Shown: positions 1-9,422 of the stretch, piece after piece
How the letters are laid out: each line of letters starts with the position of its first letter
How positions within the stretch are numbered: the first letter of the stretch is position 1
Source: Phyllobacteriaceae bacterium
GTDB lineage: Bacteria; Pseudomonadota; Alphaproteobacteria; Rhizobiales; Ancalomicrobiaceae
Length of the DNA stretch: 37,139 bases
Direction of reading: 5' to 3'
Assembly (NCBI GenBank): GCA_012517025.1
Contig: JAAYVT010000515.1
Coordinates: 1-37,139 of the forward strand
Translations under genes and position numbers: made by a program
The notes under the pieces: model-generated
Seen by the model: only the letters and a program-made list of their open reading frames with translations
Told to the model about the DNA's origin: nothing
Databases searched by the model: none

Positions 1-186
1 CACCGGGGTGAGCGCGAGGACGCCGTAGGTCGCGGTCGCCGCGACGATCAACCCGAGGCCGAGCCGGCGCAGGCGCGGGCGCCACGCCGCGAGGGCGAGC
101 GCGAGGAGGCCGAGGGCCAGCGCGAAGAAGATCAGCGAGGAGGGAAAGGCGAGCCAGCCGAGCAGTTTCGCGAACCGGAACAGCAC
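1..186 (-). CDS. YdcF/DUF218-like membrane protein, N-terminal part (runs off the left edge of the window)
   Basis: GTG at 186 preceded by AAGGAGG; reads MLFRFAKLLGWLAFPSSLIFFALALGLL...GVLALTPV, resembling the hydrophobic N-terminus of YdcF proteins; only 62 codons visible. Confidence 0.55.
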   Translation of the reverse strand, partial: MLFRFAKLLGWLAFPSSLIFFALALGLLALALAAWRPRLRRLGLGLIVAATATYGVLALTPV

Positions 187-216
187 GTTCTCGCCTCCTT
201 CCCGGCGCCGAAGACG

Positions 217-242
217 CGAAGGGCCTCTCGCGAGGCCCTTCG
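217..242. terminator. GC-rich hairpin downstream of clpP (terminator or mRNA-stabilising stem)
   Basis: CGAAGGGCCT-ctcgcg-AGGCCCTTCG, perfect 10-bp stem; no clear U-tract. Confidence 0.45.
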
Positions 243-262
243 GAAACCGTATCGGATCACCC

Positions 263-889
263 TCAGGCGAGGTCGCCGGTGGTCTTGATGATCTTGTTCA
301 CCAGACCGTAGGCGATCGCCTCTTCCGGACCCATCCAGAAGTCGCGATCGGTGTCCTTGGCGATGCGCTCGAGCGGCTGGCCGGTCGCGTCGGCGAAGAT
401 CTGGTTCAGGCGGTCACGCATCTTGATGATCTCGCGGGCCTGGATCTCGATGTCGGTGGCCGGACCACCGGCGCCGCCGGAGGGTTGATGCAGCAGGAAG
501 CGGGTGTTGGGCAGGCAGAAGCGCCGCTCCTTGGGCACCGAGACGTAGATCAGCGCGCCGGCCGAGGCGACCCAACCGACGCCGATCATGTTCACCGGCA
601 CGTCGATGAAGCCGATCATGTCGTGGATCATGTCGCCCGATTCGACGTGGCCGCCGGGCGAGCAGACGATGACGTTGATCGGGTCCTTCGACACCTGCGA
701 CAGCGCCAGCAGGCGGGCGGTGACGTCGCGGCCGAGCTCCTGGGTGATCGAGCCGGTGATCAGCACGGTGCGGGCGTCGAAGAGGTGCTTGTCGACCGGA
801 ACCGACTGCGGAGTCTTGGTCTTCTCCTCGTCCTCTTCTTCCTCGTCGTCGAGGCGGGTGTACCAGTAGGTCTTCGGGGTCTTGATCAT
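263..889 (-). CDS. clpP: ATP-dependent Clp protease proteolytic subunit (ClpP paralog)
   Basis: SPGG, ASAGA (catalytic Ser), HQP (His) and DRD (Asp) motifs; 208 aa; no clpX or tig adjacent. Confidence 0.93.
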   Translation of the reverse strand: MIKTPKTYWYTRLDDEEEEDEEKTKTPQSVPVDKHLFDARTVLITGSITQELGRDVTARLLALSQVSKDPINVIVCSPGGHVESGDMIHDMIGFIDVPVNMIGVGWVASAGALIYVSVPKERRFCLPNTRFLLHQPSGGAGGPATDIEIQAREIIKMRDRLNQIFADATGQPLERIAKDTDRDFWMGPEEAIAYGLVNKIIKTTGDLA

Positions 890-931
890 GGCGGGTCCGA
901 ACGAGAACGTGAGGACATGGGCTGGTGCTAG

Positions 932-960
932 ATGTAGAGGTCCGAGGTCGCCCTGTCGAG
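932..960 (-). promoter_or_regulatory. Putative sigma70/RpoH-type promoter of clpP
   Basis: Minus strand reads CTCGAC-N17-CTACAT, one mismatch per box to the rhizobial CTTGAC-N17-CTATAT consensus, about 40 nt upstream of the ATG. Confidence 0.45.
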
Positions 961-1056
961 GCCACTCGCGCCGCAGGCGAGAGGCGAGCCCCGGAGCGGG
1001 GGACGGACGACCGGCGCGGGCGGCGGAACGCCGGCGCCTTTCCGGAGGATGAGACG

Positions 1057-2013
1057 ATGTGGGATTTCTCGATCTCCCGGTCGATCGCGCTGGTGGCGCG
1101 GACTTGGCCGTTCACCCTGCTGCGGCTGGCGATCTGGGGGGCGATTCTCGCCGCCACGCTCGCGGCGGTGACGATCGGCGCCGGGCTCGGCTGGGGCATC
1201 GGCCACGTCGGCTCCGCCGATTTCCGCCAGGGGGCGACGCTGTGGGGCGGCGTCGCCGGCTTCGCGGTGGTTTTCGTCGGCCTGTGGACGCTGCGGGAAT
1301 ATCTCCTCTATCTGGTCACCGCCGGCCACGTCGCGGCGATGGTGGCGGTCGCCGACGGGCGCACGCCGCCCTCCGGGGTCGCCCAGATCCGCTTCGCCCT
1401 CGCGGAGGTGAAGGAGCGATTCGGCGAGATCCACCTCCTTTGGGTGCTCGACCGGGCGGTGAAGGGAGCGGTCGGGGCGGTGGTCGGCCTGCTGCAGGGG
1501 CTGGACTTCTTGGTCGGCGGTGGGCTCGACGGCTTGGTGCGGCTGGCGCGCACGCTGCTCCGCCTCTCCACCACCTTCCTCGACGAACTGGTGCTCGCCC
1601 GCGAGATCCGGCTCGCCTCGACCGATCCGTGGACGACGGCGCGCGAGGTGATCGTGCTCTACGCCCAGAACGCCGGCCTCGTGTTCAAGAACGCGGTGTG
1701 GCTGATGGTGCTGCGCTGGGTGGCGGCGATCGTGGTGTTCGCGGTGGCGCTCGGACCGGCGGTGACGGCGGCGTGGATCGTGCCAGGGCCGAGCACCGGT
1801 TGGGCGCTCTTGCTGTCGCTGCTGGTGGCGATCGGACTGCAGCGGGCGCTGATCGATCCCTTCTGCATCGCCTCGCTGATGCAGGTGTGGGAACGCGACA
1901 TCGAGGGGCAGATGCCCGATCCGGTGTGGGACGAGCGTCTGGCGGCGGCGTCACGACCGTTCCGCGAGATCACCGAGCGGGCGGCGGCGGCCTTCACCGG
2001 CCGCCCGGCGTGA
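1057..2013 (+). CDS. Multi-pass membrane protein of unknown function (318 aa)
   Basis: ATG at 1057 after GGAGG; several hydrophobic segments; strong GC3 codon bias. Confidence 0.8.
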   Translation: MWDFSISRSIALVARTWPFTLLRLAIWGAILAATLAAVTIGAGLGWGIGHVGSADFRQGATLWGGVAGFAVVFVGLWTLREYLLYLVTAGHVAAMVAVADGRTPPSGVAQIRFALAEVKERFGEIHLLWVLDRAVKGAVGAVVGLLQGLDFLVGGGLDGLVRLARTLLRLSTTFLDELVLAREIRLASTDPWTTAREVIVLYAQNAGLVFKNAVWLMVLRWVAAIVVFAVALGPAVTAAWIVPGPSTGWALLLSLLVAIGLQRALIDPFCIASLMQVWERDIEGQMPDPVWDERLAAASRPFREITERAAAAFTGRPA

Positions 2014-2108
2014 AGCGCCGGCCGGAGACGGCCGGGCATTCGACGTGAGGTGCCGGCCGGAGACGGCCGGCCGTTCGACGTGAAGTGCCGGCCGGAGACG
2101 GCCGGCCG
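2009..2108. repeat. Three tandem 35-bp REP-like palindromic units (third truncated)
   Basis: Units 2009-2043, 2044-2078 and 2079-2108; consensus CGTGAAGTGCCGGCCGGAGACGGCCGGCCGTTCGA, each with a (G)CCGGCCG-GAGA-CGGCCGG(C) hairpin; lies between convergent genes. Confidence 0.85.
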
Positions 2109-2114
2109 GGGGCG

Positions 2115-2651
2115 TCACTTGCCGAAGCAGATCTTCTCGAAGGTCTTCAGTGGCCCGGCGATGCCGGCGCGCGGCGGCAGATCCTCGAGCGGGATCTCGA
2201 CCGGCGGCGCCGAACCGATCGTCAGCACGATCGGGCCGGGCGCCTTCAAGACCGGCAGCAGCTCCTTCGCCAGTTTCTTGCGCGCCGCGCCCTCGATGTC
2301 GTGCTCGCCGGAGAAACCGACCACGCCGCTGTCGCGGTCGGGATCGGCGGATCCGGTCAGCCGGTATTCGGCGTCGGCGACGGCGAGGGTGAGGTCCACT
2401 CCCTCCCCGGCGGCGAGCCCGGGCACGCCGGCCGAATAGATCGCGAAACTGTCGGCATCGCGCAGGCAGGCGATGGTGAGCAGGCGCGGGCCGCCGGCGG
2501 TCTCGGTGGCGATCAGGAAGGCGCGCCGGCGCGGATCGGTGGCGACCGACCAACCGGCGCGATCGCCCTCCTCGGCCTTCGGCGCCGGCGGCGCGACCAA
2601 TAACGACGTCAGCCCCAGCGCGGCGGCGAGGGCGATGGGGACACGCGGCAT
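2115..2651 (-). CDS. Secreted hypothetical protein (178 aa)
   Basis: Signal-peptide-like N-terminus (MPRVPIALAAALGLTSLLVA...AE), purine-rich RBS, two Cys. Confidence 0.75.
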   Translation of the reverse strand: MPRVPIALAAALGLTSLLVAPPAPKAEEGDRAGWSVATDPRRRAFLIATETAGGPRLLTIACLRDADSFAIYSAGVPGLAAGEGVDLTLAVADAEYRLTGSADPDRDSGVVGFSGEHDIEGAARKKLAKELLPVLKAPGPIVLTIGSAPPVEIPLEDLPPRAGIAGPLKTFEKICFGK

Positions 2652-2700
2652 GACTTTCCCTCTCCTTGCGGGCGGCGCCCGCTTCCCGTCGGCGACGGGG

Positions 2701-3048
2701 TCAGTCGAGCATCGGCAGATTGGCGCAGACGATGCGGCCGGAGGCGGCGTCGATCACCAGCCAACCGTCGATCGGCGAGGCGTCGCCGGCGGGCTCCGGC
2801 ACCACCACGTGGAAGCTCCACACCCGCGTGGCGCCGCCGCCGCAGACGGTGTCGCTGCGCGCGCCGAGGCGGCGCTCGCGCAGGTTGGCGATCACCTCGG
2901 CGTCGGTCTCGCCGTAGGGGTTGCCCTTGAGGATCGCCACGGCGCGCTTCACCGCCTGTTTCTCGCCGAGTTCGGCGGCGTTCACGCCGCAGGACAGGGC
3001 GAGGAGGCAACCGATGGCGACGGCGATCGACGTCGAAATTCGCAACAT
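2701..3048 (-). CDS. Small secreted protein, possibly PepSY-like fold (115 aa)
   Basis: GGAGG RBS; signal peptide ending VNA/AE; C-terminal WLVIDAASGRIV resembles the PepSY 'IDAxxG' motif. Confidence 0.7.
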   Translation of the reverse strand: MLRISTSIAVAIGCLLALSCGVNAAELGEKQAVKRAVAILKGNPYGETDAEVIANLRERRLGARSDTVCGGGATRVWSFHVVVPEPAGDASPIDGWLVIDAASGRIVCANLPMLD

Positions 3049-3136
3049 GTTCGGCCTCCCGGACGGACCTCCCGAAGATGCCGACAGTCTAGCGCCAACC
3101 CCGCCGCCGCGCCTTGCGCCTGCGCAATCGCGTCGC

Positions 3137-4660
3137 TCAACCGAGCCCGTACCACCAGGTGGCGAAACCGAGGACGGCGAAGAAACCGACGCAGTCGGTG
3201 ACGGTGGTCACGAAGACGCCGGAGATCACCGCCGGGTCGCCGCCGATCTTCTCGATCAGGAGGGGGATACCGACGCCGGCGAGACCGGCGGCGATGAGGT
3301 TGGCCACCATCGCGCCGCCGACCACGAGGCCGAGTTGCCACTCGCGATACCATCCCCACACCGACAGGCCGACGATGACGGCGAAGGCGAAGCCGTTGAG
3401 GAAGGCGACCATCACCTCGCGATTGATGAAGCGCGACAGATTGAGGCTGCCGACCTCGCGGGTGGCGAGGGCGCGCACCGCGACCGTCATGGTCTGGGTG
3501 GCGGCGACGCCGCCCTGCCCCGCCACCACCGGCGCGAGCGCCGCCAGCGCCACGATCTTCGCAATGGTGTCCTCGAAGAGCCCGATCACCGAAGCGGCCA
3601 GGAAGGCGGTCAAGAGGTTGACGAAGAGCCACATGAAGCGGTTGCGGGTGGTGTACCAGACGGTGTCGGAGATCTCTTCGTCGCCGACGCCGCCCAGGGC
3701 GCGCATGTCCTCTTCCGCCTCCTCCGACACGACGTCGACGACGTCGTCGGCGGTGATCACCCCGACCAGATGGTCGGCGTCGTCGACCACCGGCAGCGAG
3801 ATCAGGTTGTAGCGGGCGAAGCGGAGGGCCACGTCCTCGCGATCGTCGTCGACGCGGGCGGTGATGCGATCCTCGTCGAGGATGTCGCCGATCGGGATCA
3901 ACCGTTTGGTGCGCAGCACCTTGTCGAGGGCGACGGTGCCGGCGAGGCGGAAGGTCGAATCGACGACGTGGATTTCGTAGAAGTCGTTCGGCAGATCCTC
4001 GGTCTCGCGGCAGTAGTCGATCACCTGCCCGACCGTCCAGGTCGGCGGCACGGCGATGAACTCCGTCTGCATCAGACGGCCGGCGGAATCCTCGGGATAG
4101 TCGAGCGAACGAACCAGACCGACGCGTTCGGCGACCGGGATCTTGTCGAGAATCTCGGCGCGATCGGCGTCGTCGAGGTCCTCGAGGATGTAGACCGCGT
4201 CGTCCGAATCGAGGTCGCGCACGCCTTCGACGACGGTCTCGTGCGGCAGGTCCTCGATCAGCTGGACGCGCACCGACTCGTCGAGTTCGACCAGGGCGGA
4301 GAAGTCGAAGTCCTCGCCCATCAAGGCGACGAGTTTGGGTCGTTGATCGGCGTCGAGGGCGCCGATCAGTTCGGCGAGATCCGATTCGTGCAGATCGCCG
4401 ACCAGTTCGTGCAGGCGCTCGGCGTCGCCCTCGTCGATCGCCCGATCGACGGCGGTGTGGAAGGCGCGGGTCAGGTCGCCGTCCTCGTCGCGCAGCGGCA
4501 ACGGGGCCGGGTCCGGCGCGGCCGGCGGCTGCGGAATCGGCTCCGACGACGCGGTCGGTGCGGCGGCGGCGAGATCGCTCGGCGCGAGATCGCGCTTCGG
4601 CGCCGACGCATCGGAGGCGGCGGCGGGAGCGGCGGCGCGCGACAGGTCTTCGTCGGTCAT
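3137..4660 (-). CDS. mgtE: Magnesium transporter MgtE
   Basis: Acidic MgtE N-domain, YPEDSAGRLM, CBS pair (LPVVD, GVITADD), TM region with GGVAATQT, DPAVISGVFVTTVTD; start taken at MTDEDL. Confidence 0.95.
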   Translation of the reverse strand: MTDEDLSRAAAPAAASDASAPKRDLAPSDLAAAAPTASSEPIPQPPAAPDPAPLPLRDEDGDLTRAFHTAVDRAIDEGDAERLHELVGDLHESDLAELIGALDADQRPKLVALMGEDFDFSALVELDESVRVQLIEDLPHETVVEGVRDLDSDDAVYILEDLDDADRAEILDKIPVAERVGLVRSLDYPEDSAGRLMQTEFIAVPPTWTVGQVIDYCRETEDLPNDFYEIHVVDSTFRLAGTVALDKVLRTKRLIPIGDILDEDRITARVDDDREDVALRFARYNLISLPVVDDADHLVGVITADDVVDVVSEEAEEDMRALGGVGDEEISDTVWYTTRNRFMWLFVNLLTAFLAASVIGLFEDTIAKIVALAALAPVVAGQGGVAATQTMTVAVRALATREVGSLNLSRFINREVMVAFLNGFAFAVIVGLSVWGWYREWQLGLVVGGAMVANLIAAGLAGVGIPLLIEKIGGDPAVISGVFVTTVTDCVGFFAVLGFATWWYGLG

Positions 4661-4831
4661 GCTCTTCCCTCGCCTCGCGGCGACCGACGGTCGCCGGCCG
4701 ATCGTGTGCGATCGATCTAGCCGCGCGCGGGCGCCGGTGCCAGCGCAAAATGTCGAGATCGACGTCGATGCCGACGGGTCGGCGGATCTCGCCACGAAAC
4801 GGCCTTTTCCCGACGTCAGGATGAGGGGATG

Positions 4832-4871
4832 TTAACGTGACGTTCACGGACCGGACGGTAGCGTGGTTAAC
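4832..4871. promoter_or_regulatory. CtrA-like binding site plus half-site in the mgtE/deacetylase intergenic region
   Basis: TTAA-CGTGACG-TTCAC at 4832-4847 (consensus TTAA-N7-TTAAC, one mismatch); TTAACCAC on the minus strand at 4863-4870. Confidence 0.5.
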
Positions 4872-5038
4872 GATTTCTCGTGCCACCGTCCGCTTCCGCG
4901 TCTCCCGAGCGACGGATCCCCACCGACGGGGACGTCGAGCGTCACGGATGTCCGCCGAGGGACACGCCGCCGTGGGGCGGCGACCACTCTCGGTTGTTTT
5001 CGACCGTTCGCCGACGAGGCGACGTTGCGGAGTTCATC

Positions 5039-6484
5039 ATGCGTCCTTCGTACCGGCGGACCGCGTCCGCGCTTCTGGCTGGCACTCTGATCGGCGGTTT
5101 CGTGAGCCTGGGCATCGCCGTCGCCCAGGACGCGCCGCCGTTGATGCTCGGTCAGCCGCAGACGCCGCCGCGCGCCGTCGCGCCGGTGCCGAGCGCCAAG
5201 ACGGCGGCGGCCAAGCCCGCCGCCAAGCCGACGACGCCGAAGCCGATCGCCAAGACGGCGGCCAAGCCCGCCGCACCGGCCGCCGGCAAGCAGGCGAAGG
5301 CCGTGAAGCCGCCGGCCAAGCCGAGCGCGACGGATGCCGCCGCCCGCGCCGCCAAGCTCGCCGCGATCACCGCCCAGCCGGTGCCGCCGCATCACGATCA
5401 CGTCTTCGAGGCGCCGAAGCCGACGGCTTGCGCCAATCCGAACGCCATCGGCGTGTCGCGCGTCATGAAGGTCGACACCACCGGCGGCTTCTACGTCGGC
5501 TCGACCTATCACACCCGCCTGCCGCTGGAGCCGAAGGCGGTCGTGTTGACCTTCGACGACGGCCCGATGGGTCCGCGCACCGACCGCGTGCTGAAGGCGC
5601 TCGACGAGGAATGCACCAAGGCGACCTTCTTCATCGTGGGGCAGATGGCCAAGGCCTATCCGCAGACGCTGCGCAAGACCGCGGCGGCGGGGCACACCAT
5701 CGGCTACCACACGATGACGCATCCGCTGAACCTCTCGAAGTGGCCGCTCGACAAGGCGGAGAACGACGTCCGCTCCGGTTGGCAGACCGTCGACCAGATC
5801 CTCTACGGCCACGCCGGCGACCGCCCGGCGACGCCGTTCTTCCGCTATCCTGGTCTCTTCAACTCGCGCGCCCTCAACGAGTGGTTCAACTCGATGGACA
5901 TGGGCGTGTGGACGATCAACGCCGCCGGCAACGACTGGCTCAAGGGCCATCTCACCCAGGCCGACGGGCCGAACGTGATGAACGAGGCGCTGAAGGAGCT
6001 CGAAGCCAGCAAGGGCGGCATCCTGCTGCTGCACGACATCAAGGACTCCTCGTCCTCGATCGTCGGACCGCTGCTCAAGGAACTGAAGGTGCGCGGCTTC
6101 AAGATCGTTCAGATCGTGCCGAAGAACCCGCCGCCGAAGCTGGTCGCCGGACCGATCGAGGGCATCACCCCGACGATCGAGAACACCGCCGCGCCGCTCG
6201 CCGAGCGCAGCGTCGACAATTTCGACGCCGCCCGTCAGCTCGCCCAGATGAACGCCGGCCGCGACGGCAAGTCCTCCACCGCGCCGCTGCCGGCCTACGG
6301 CGCGGCGACGGCGAAGCCGACGATCGTTCCGATCGCCGCCACGCCGGTGACCGCTCCGACGGCGCCCGTCGCCGAGCCGGAGACCACCGGCAGCGTCGCG
6401 ACGACGCCGGCCAAGAGCGACGGCTGGTTCAGCGCCACCGCGACGTCGTTCCGCGGCCTCGGCGGCGCGCTCGGCCTGTGGTGA
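5039..6484 (+). CDS. Exported polysaccharide deacetylase (CE4/NodB domain) with Ala/Lys/Pro-rich extensions
   Basis: TFDDGP, HTMTHP, FRYPG and LLHD motifs; signal peptide ending AVA/QD; GGAG RBS before ATG 5039. Confidence 0.92.
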   Translation: MRPSYRRTASALLAGTLIGGFVSLGIAVAQDAPPLMLGQPQTPPRAVAPVPSAKTAAAKPAAKPTTPKPIAKTAAKPAAPAAGKQAKAVKPPAKPSATDAAARAAKLAAITAQPVPPHHDHVFEAPKPTACANPNAIGVSRVMKVDTTGGFYVGSTYHTRLPLEPKAVVLTFDDGPMGPRTDRVLKALDEECTKATFFIVGQMAKAYPQTLRKTAAAGHTIGYHTMTHPLNLSKWPLDKAENDVRSGWQTVDQILYGHAGDRPATPFFRYPGLFNSRALNEWFNSMDMGVWTINAAGNDWLKGHLTQADGPNVMNEALKELEASKGGILLLHDIKDSSSSIVGPLLKELKVRGFKIVQIVPKNPPPKLVAGPIEGITPTIENTAAPLAERSVDNFDAARQLAQMNAGRDGKSSTAPLPAYGAATAKPTIVPIAATPVTAPTAPVAEPETTGSVATTPAKSDGWFSATATSFRGLGGALGLW

Positions 6485-6513
6485 GCCCCACGCCGATCAC
6501 CCGACTTCACCGG

Positions 6514-6539
6514 CGCCGCCGATCGCAGGATCGGCGGCG
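6514..6539. other. Intergenic hairpin between the two deacetylase genes
   Basis: CGCCGCCGATC-gcag-GATCGGCGGCG, perfect 11-bp stem. Confidence 0.5.
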
Positions 6540-6573
6540 TCCGCGTTTCTCGCTCGCTCGCGAGGTGCCTCGC

Positions 6574-7353
6574 GTGTCCGTTCTCGTCCGTCCGATCGCC
6601 GTCGCGCTCGCCCTCCTCGCCGCCGGGGCGGCGCAGGCGGGGACCTGCCCGCGTCCCGGCACGCTCGGGGTCTCGCGCGTGCTGCCGGTCGAGGTCGGCG
6701 CCGACGGGCTGTTCGTCGGCACCAAGAGCTATCCCGACACGCTGCCGCTCGCCGATCACGAGATCGTCCTCAGCTTCGACGACGGACCGGCCGGCAAGAC
6801 CACCGACGCGGTGCTGGCCGCGCTCGAGGCGGAGTGCGTGAAGGCGACCTTCTTCGTCGTCGGCGAGATGGCGGCGGCGCATCCCGAGCAGCTGCGGCGG
6901 ATGGCGGCGGCGGGCCACACCATCGGCCACCACACCATGACGCACACGATCCTCACCAAAGTGCCGTTCGAGCGCGGCGAGGCCGACGTCGAGACCGGCT
7001 GGCAGACCGTCGACCGCATTCTGACCGGCACCGCCGGCGATCGGCCGAAGACGCCGTTCTTCCGCTACCCCGGCTTCGCCGCGACCAAACCGCTCGACGC
7101 GTGGCTCACCGAGCGGCGCGTCGCGGTGTTCGGGGCCGACTTCTGGGGCTCGGACTGGAACAAGTCGACGCCCGAGGCGCTGCTCGCCCTCACGCTTTCG
7201 CGGATCGAAGCGCGCGGGCGCGGCATCCTGCTCCTGCACGACACCCACGATTACACCGCGGCGATGGTGCCGGGGCTGCTCGCCGCCTTGAAGGCGAAGG
7301 GCTGGCGGGTGGTGCAGATCGTGCCCGCGCCTCCCCCCGCCACCGGCGGCTGA
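6574..7353 (+). CDS. Exported polysaccharide deacetylase (CE4), second paralog, 259 aa
   Basis: C-terminal part of track ORF 4837..7353; GTG at 6574 after GAGG; signal peptide ending AQA; SFDDGP, HTMTH, FRYPG, LLHD. Confidence 0.9.
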   Translation: MSVLVRPIAVALALLAAGAAQAGTCPRPGTLGVSRVLPVEVGADGLFVGTKSYPDTLPLADHEIVLSFDDGPAGKTTDAVLAALEAECVKATFFVVGEMAAAHPEQLRRMAAAGHTIGHHTMTHTILTKVPFERGEADVETGWQTVDRILTGTAGDRPKTPFFRYPGFAATKPLDAWLTERRVAVFGADFWGSDWNKSTPEALLALTLSRIEARGRGILLLHDTHDYTAAMVPGLLAALKAKGWRVVQIVPAPPPATGG

Positions 7354-7355
7354 TC

Positions 7356-8477
7356 TCAGGACACCGCCACCGGAGTGCCGACCGGCGTCGCCGCCGCGAC
7401 GCCGGCGCCGATCTCGATGCGGCGGCCGGTCGCGGCGTCGAAGAGGTGGAGAGCCTCGGGAGCGAAGCGGATCGCCAAGCCCTCCGGCGCGCCCCTGGCG
7501 AGCGCGGCGTCGGCGGAGACGACGAGGTCCTGGCCGTCGAGGCGGCCGTGCACCAACGCGGCGGAGCCGAGTTGCTCGACGAAGTCGACGTCCATCACCA
7601 AGGTCGGGTCGTTGACCGCGGCGCCGGTGGCGACCTCCTCGGGGCGGATGCCGAGCACCACCGCGGTTCCCGGCGCGAGGTCGTGACGCGGCAGCGCGAC
7701 GGTGCGGTTTCGCCCGAAGACGGCGGCGCCGGCGGCGTCGATCGTCGCCTCGATCAGGTTCATCGGCGGAGAGCCGATGAAGGAGGCGACGAAGCGGCTG
7801 GCCGGGCGATGCCAGACCTCGAGCGGGGTGCCGACCTGCTCGACCCGTCCGCCGTTGAGCACGACGATGCGGTCGGCCAGCGTCATCGCCTCGACCTGAT
7901 CATGGGTGACGAAGACCGAGGTGGCGCCGAGCCGGTTGTGCAGCTTGCGGATCTCGATGCGCATCTGCACGCGCAGCTTGGCGTCGAGGTTCGACAGCGG
8001 CTCGTCGAAGAGGAAGACCTTGGGTTCGCGGATCATCGCGCGGCCCATGGCGACGCGCTGGCGCTGACCGCCGGAGAGCTGCGCCGGGCGGCGCTCCAGC
8101 AGATCGACGAGGCCGAGCGATCGCGCCACCGCCTCGACCCTGGCGCGGCGTTCGACGCGGGCGAGGCCTGCGACCTTCAGCGCGTAACCGATGTTCTCGC
8201 CGACCGTCATGTGCGGATAGAGGGCGTAGTTCTGGAACACCATGGCGCAGCCGCGCTCACGCGGCTCGAGGGAGTTGGCGCGGCGGCCGTCGATCGACAG
8301 GTCGCCGGCGGTGATGTCCTCGAGCCCGGCGATCATCCGCAGCAGCGTGGACTTGCCGCAGCCCGACGGGCCCAGCACCACCACGAACTCGCCGGAGCCG
8401 ATGTCGAGGTCGAGCGCCTGCACCACGGCGGTGGCGCCGTAGGATTTGGCGACGTTGCGAAGCGTGATTTCGGCCAT
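7356..8477 (-). CDS. ugpC: sn-glycerol-3-phosphate-type ABC transporter ATP-binding subunit
   Basis: Walker [47 protein letters not shown]; start MAEITL; operon context. Confidence 0.88.
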   Translation of the reverse strand: MAEITLRNVAKSYGATAVVQALDLDIGSGEFVVVLGPSGCGKSTLLRMIAGLEDITAGDLSIDGRRANSLEPRERGCAMVFQNYALYPHMTVGENIGYALKVAGLARVERRARVEAVARSLGLVDLLERRPAQLSGGQRQRVAMGRAMIREPKVFLFDEPLSNLDAKLRVQMRIEIRKLHNRLGATSVFVTHDQVEAMTLADRIVVLNGGRVEQVGTPLEVWHRPASRFVASFIGSPPMNLIEATIDAAGAAVFGRNRTVALPRHDLAPGTAVVLGIRPEEVATGAAVNDPTLVMDVDFVEQLGSAALVHGRLDGQDLVVSADAALARGAPEGLAIRFAPEALHLFDAATGRRIEIGAGVAAATPVGTPVAVS

Positions 8478-8500
8478 CCGTCCGTCCTCGATCCGACAGG

Positions 8501-9415
8501 TCATTTCTCGGTGGCGATGAGGCCGCGCACGAACCAGCGCTGCATCGCCACCACCACGATCAGGGTCGGCGCCATGACGATCAGCGTTCCGGCCATTGCG
8601 ATGTTCCACTCGGGCACGCCGCCGACGTTGGGGATCAACTGTTTCAGTTCGGTGACGGCGGTGGCGTGGCTCGGCTCGGTCGTGACCAGGAGCGGCCACA
8701 GGTACTGGTTCCACGCCCACAGGAACATGATGGTGGCGAGCGCGGCGACGTTGTTGCGGCTGAGCGGCAGCAGCACGTCGAAGAAGAAGCGGATCGGTCC
8801 GGCGCCGTCCATCTTCGCCGCCTCGACCAGCTCGTCCGGGATGGTCATGAAGAACTGGCGATAGAGAAAGGTGCCGGTGGCGGTGGCGACCAGCGGCAGG
8901 ATCAGGCCGGCGTAGGAATTGAGGAGGCCGAACTTCAGGTCGAAGCGGAGGCCGGTCACCGCGGTGATCAGACCGCTCAGGCCGGTCGCGTCGAGGATCG
9001 CCCGATAGGGCTCGAGGACGTCGGCGGCGACCGCGTAGGTCGGCACGATGCGCACCTCGAGCGGCAGCATCAGGGTGACGAAGATCGCCCAGAAGATCGC
9101 CTGCCGGCCGGGGAAGCGGAAGAACACGATGGCGAAGGCGGTCAGCGCCGAGACGATCACCTTGCCGAAGGCGACGCCGCCGGCGAAGACGAAGCTGTTC
9201 AAGAGCTTAGGGCCGAGATCGGCGCGCACCCAGGCCTCGCGCAGATTTTCGAGGAAATGCCCGCCCGGGGTGAGCGGCATCGGCACCAGATTGACCGCCA
9301 CGAGGTCGTGCGAGGCGGCGATCACCACGATCGCGAAGGGCGCGATCACGGCGAGAAAGCCGAGCAACAGGACGACGTGAGTGACGACGTTCAGAATCGG
9401 AGTGCGTTCGATCAT
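8501..9415 (-). CDS. ugpE: sn-glycerol-3-phosphate-type ABC permease
   Basis: MIERTP start, [37 protein letters not shown] (EAA loop), WNQYLWPL. Confidence 0.88.
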   Translation of the reverse strand: MIERTPILNVVTHVVLLLGFLAVIAPFAIVVIAASHDLVAVNLVPMPLTPGGHFLENLREAWVRADLGPKLLNSFVFAGGVAFGKVIVSALTAFAIVFFRFPGRQAIFWAIFVTLMLPLEVRIVPTYAVAADVLEPYRAILDATGLSGLITAVTGLRFDLKFGLLNSYAGLILPLVATATGTFLYRQFFMTIPDELVEAAKMDGAGPIRFFFDVLLPLSRNNVAALATIMFLWAWNQYLWPLLVTTEPSHATAVTELKQLIPNVGGVPEWNIAMAGTLIVMAPTLIVVVAMQRWFVRGLIATEK

Positions 9416-9422
9416 CGCCGCC

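Noticed and set aside
2009-2108. Possible mini-CRISPR (35-bp palindromic repeats)
   Set aside because: Units are head-to-tail with no unique spacers, and there are no cas genes
4661-5038. Mg-sensing riboswitch or leader peptide upstream of mgtE
   Set aside because: I could not recognise an M-box motif or a convincing leader ORF by eye
5199-5330. Repeated GCCAAGCC-like motifs as a DNA repeat
   Set aside because: They simply encode the AAKP low-complexity linker of the deacetylase
4837-6573. 838-aa ORF suggesting a fused or frameshifted deacetylase
   Set aside because: The upstream part is Arg-rich off-frame translation over the first deacetylase; the second gene has its own RBS, GTG and signal peptide at 6574
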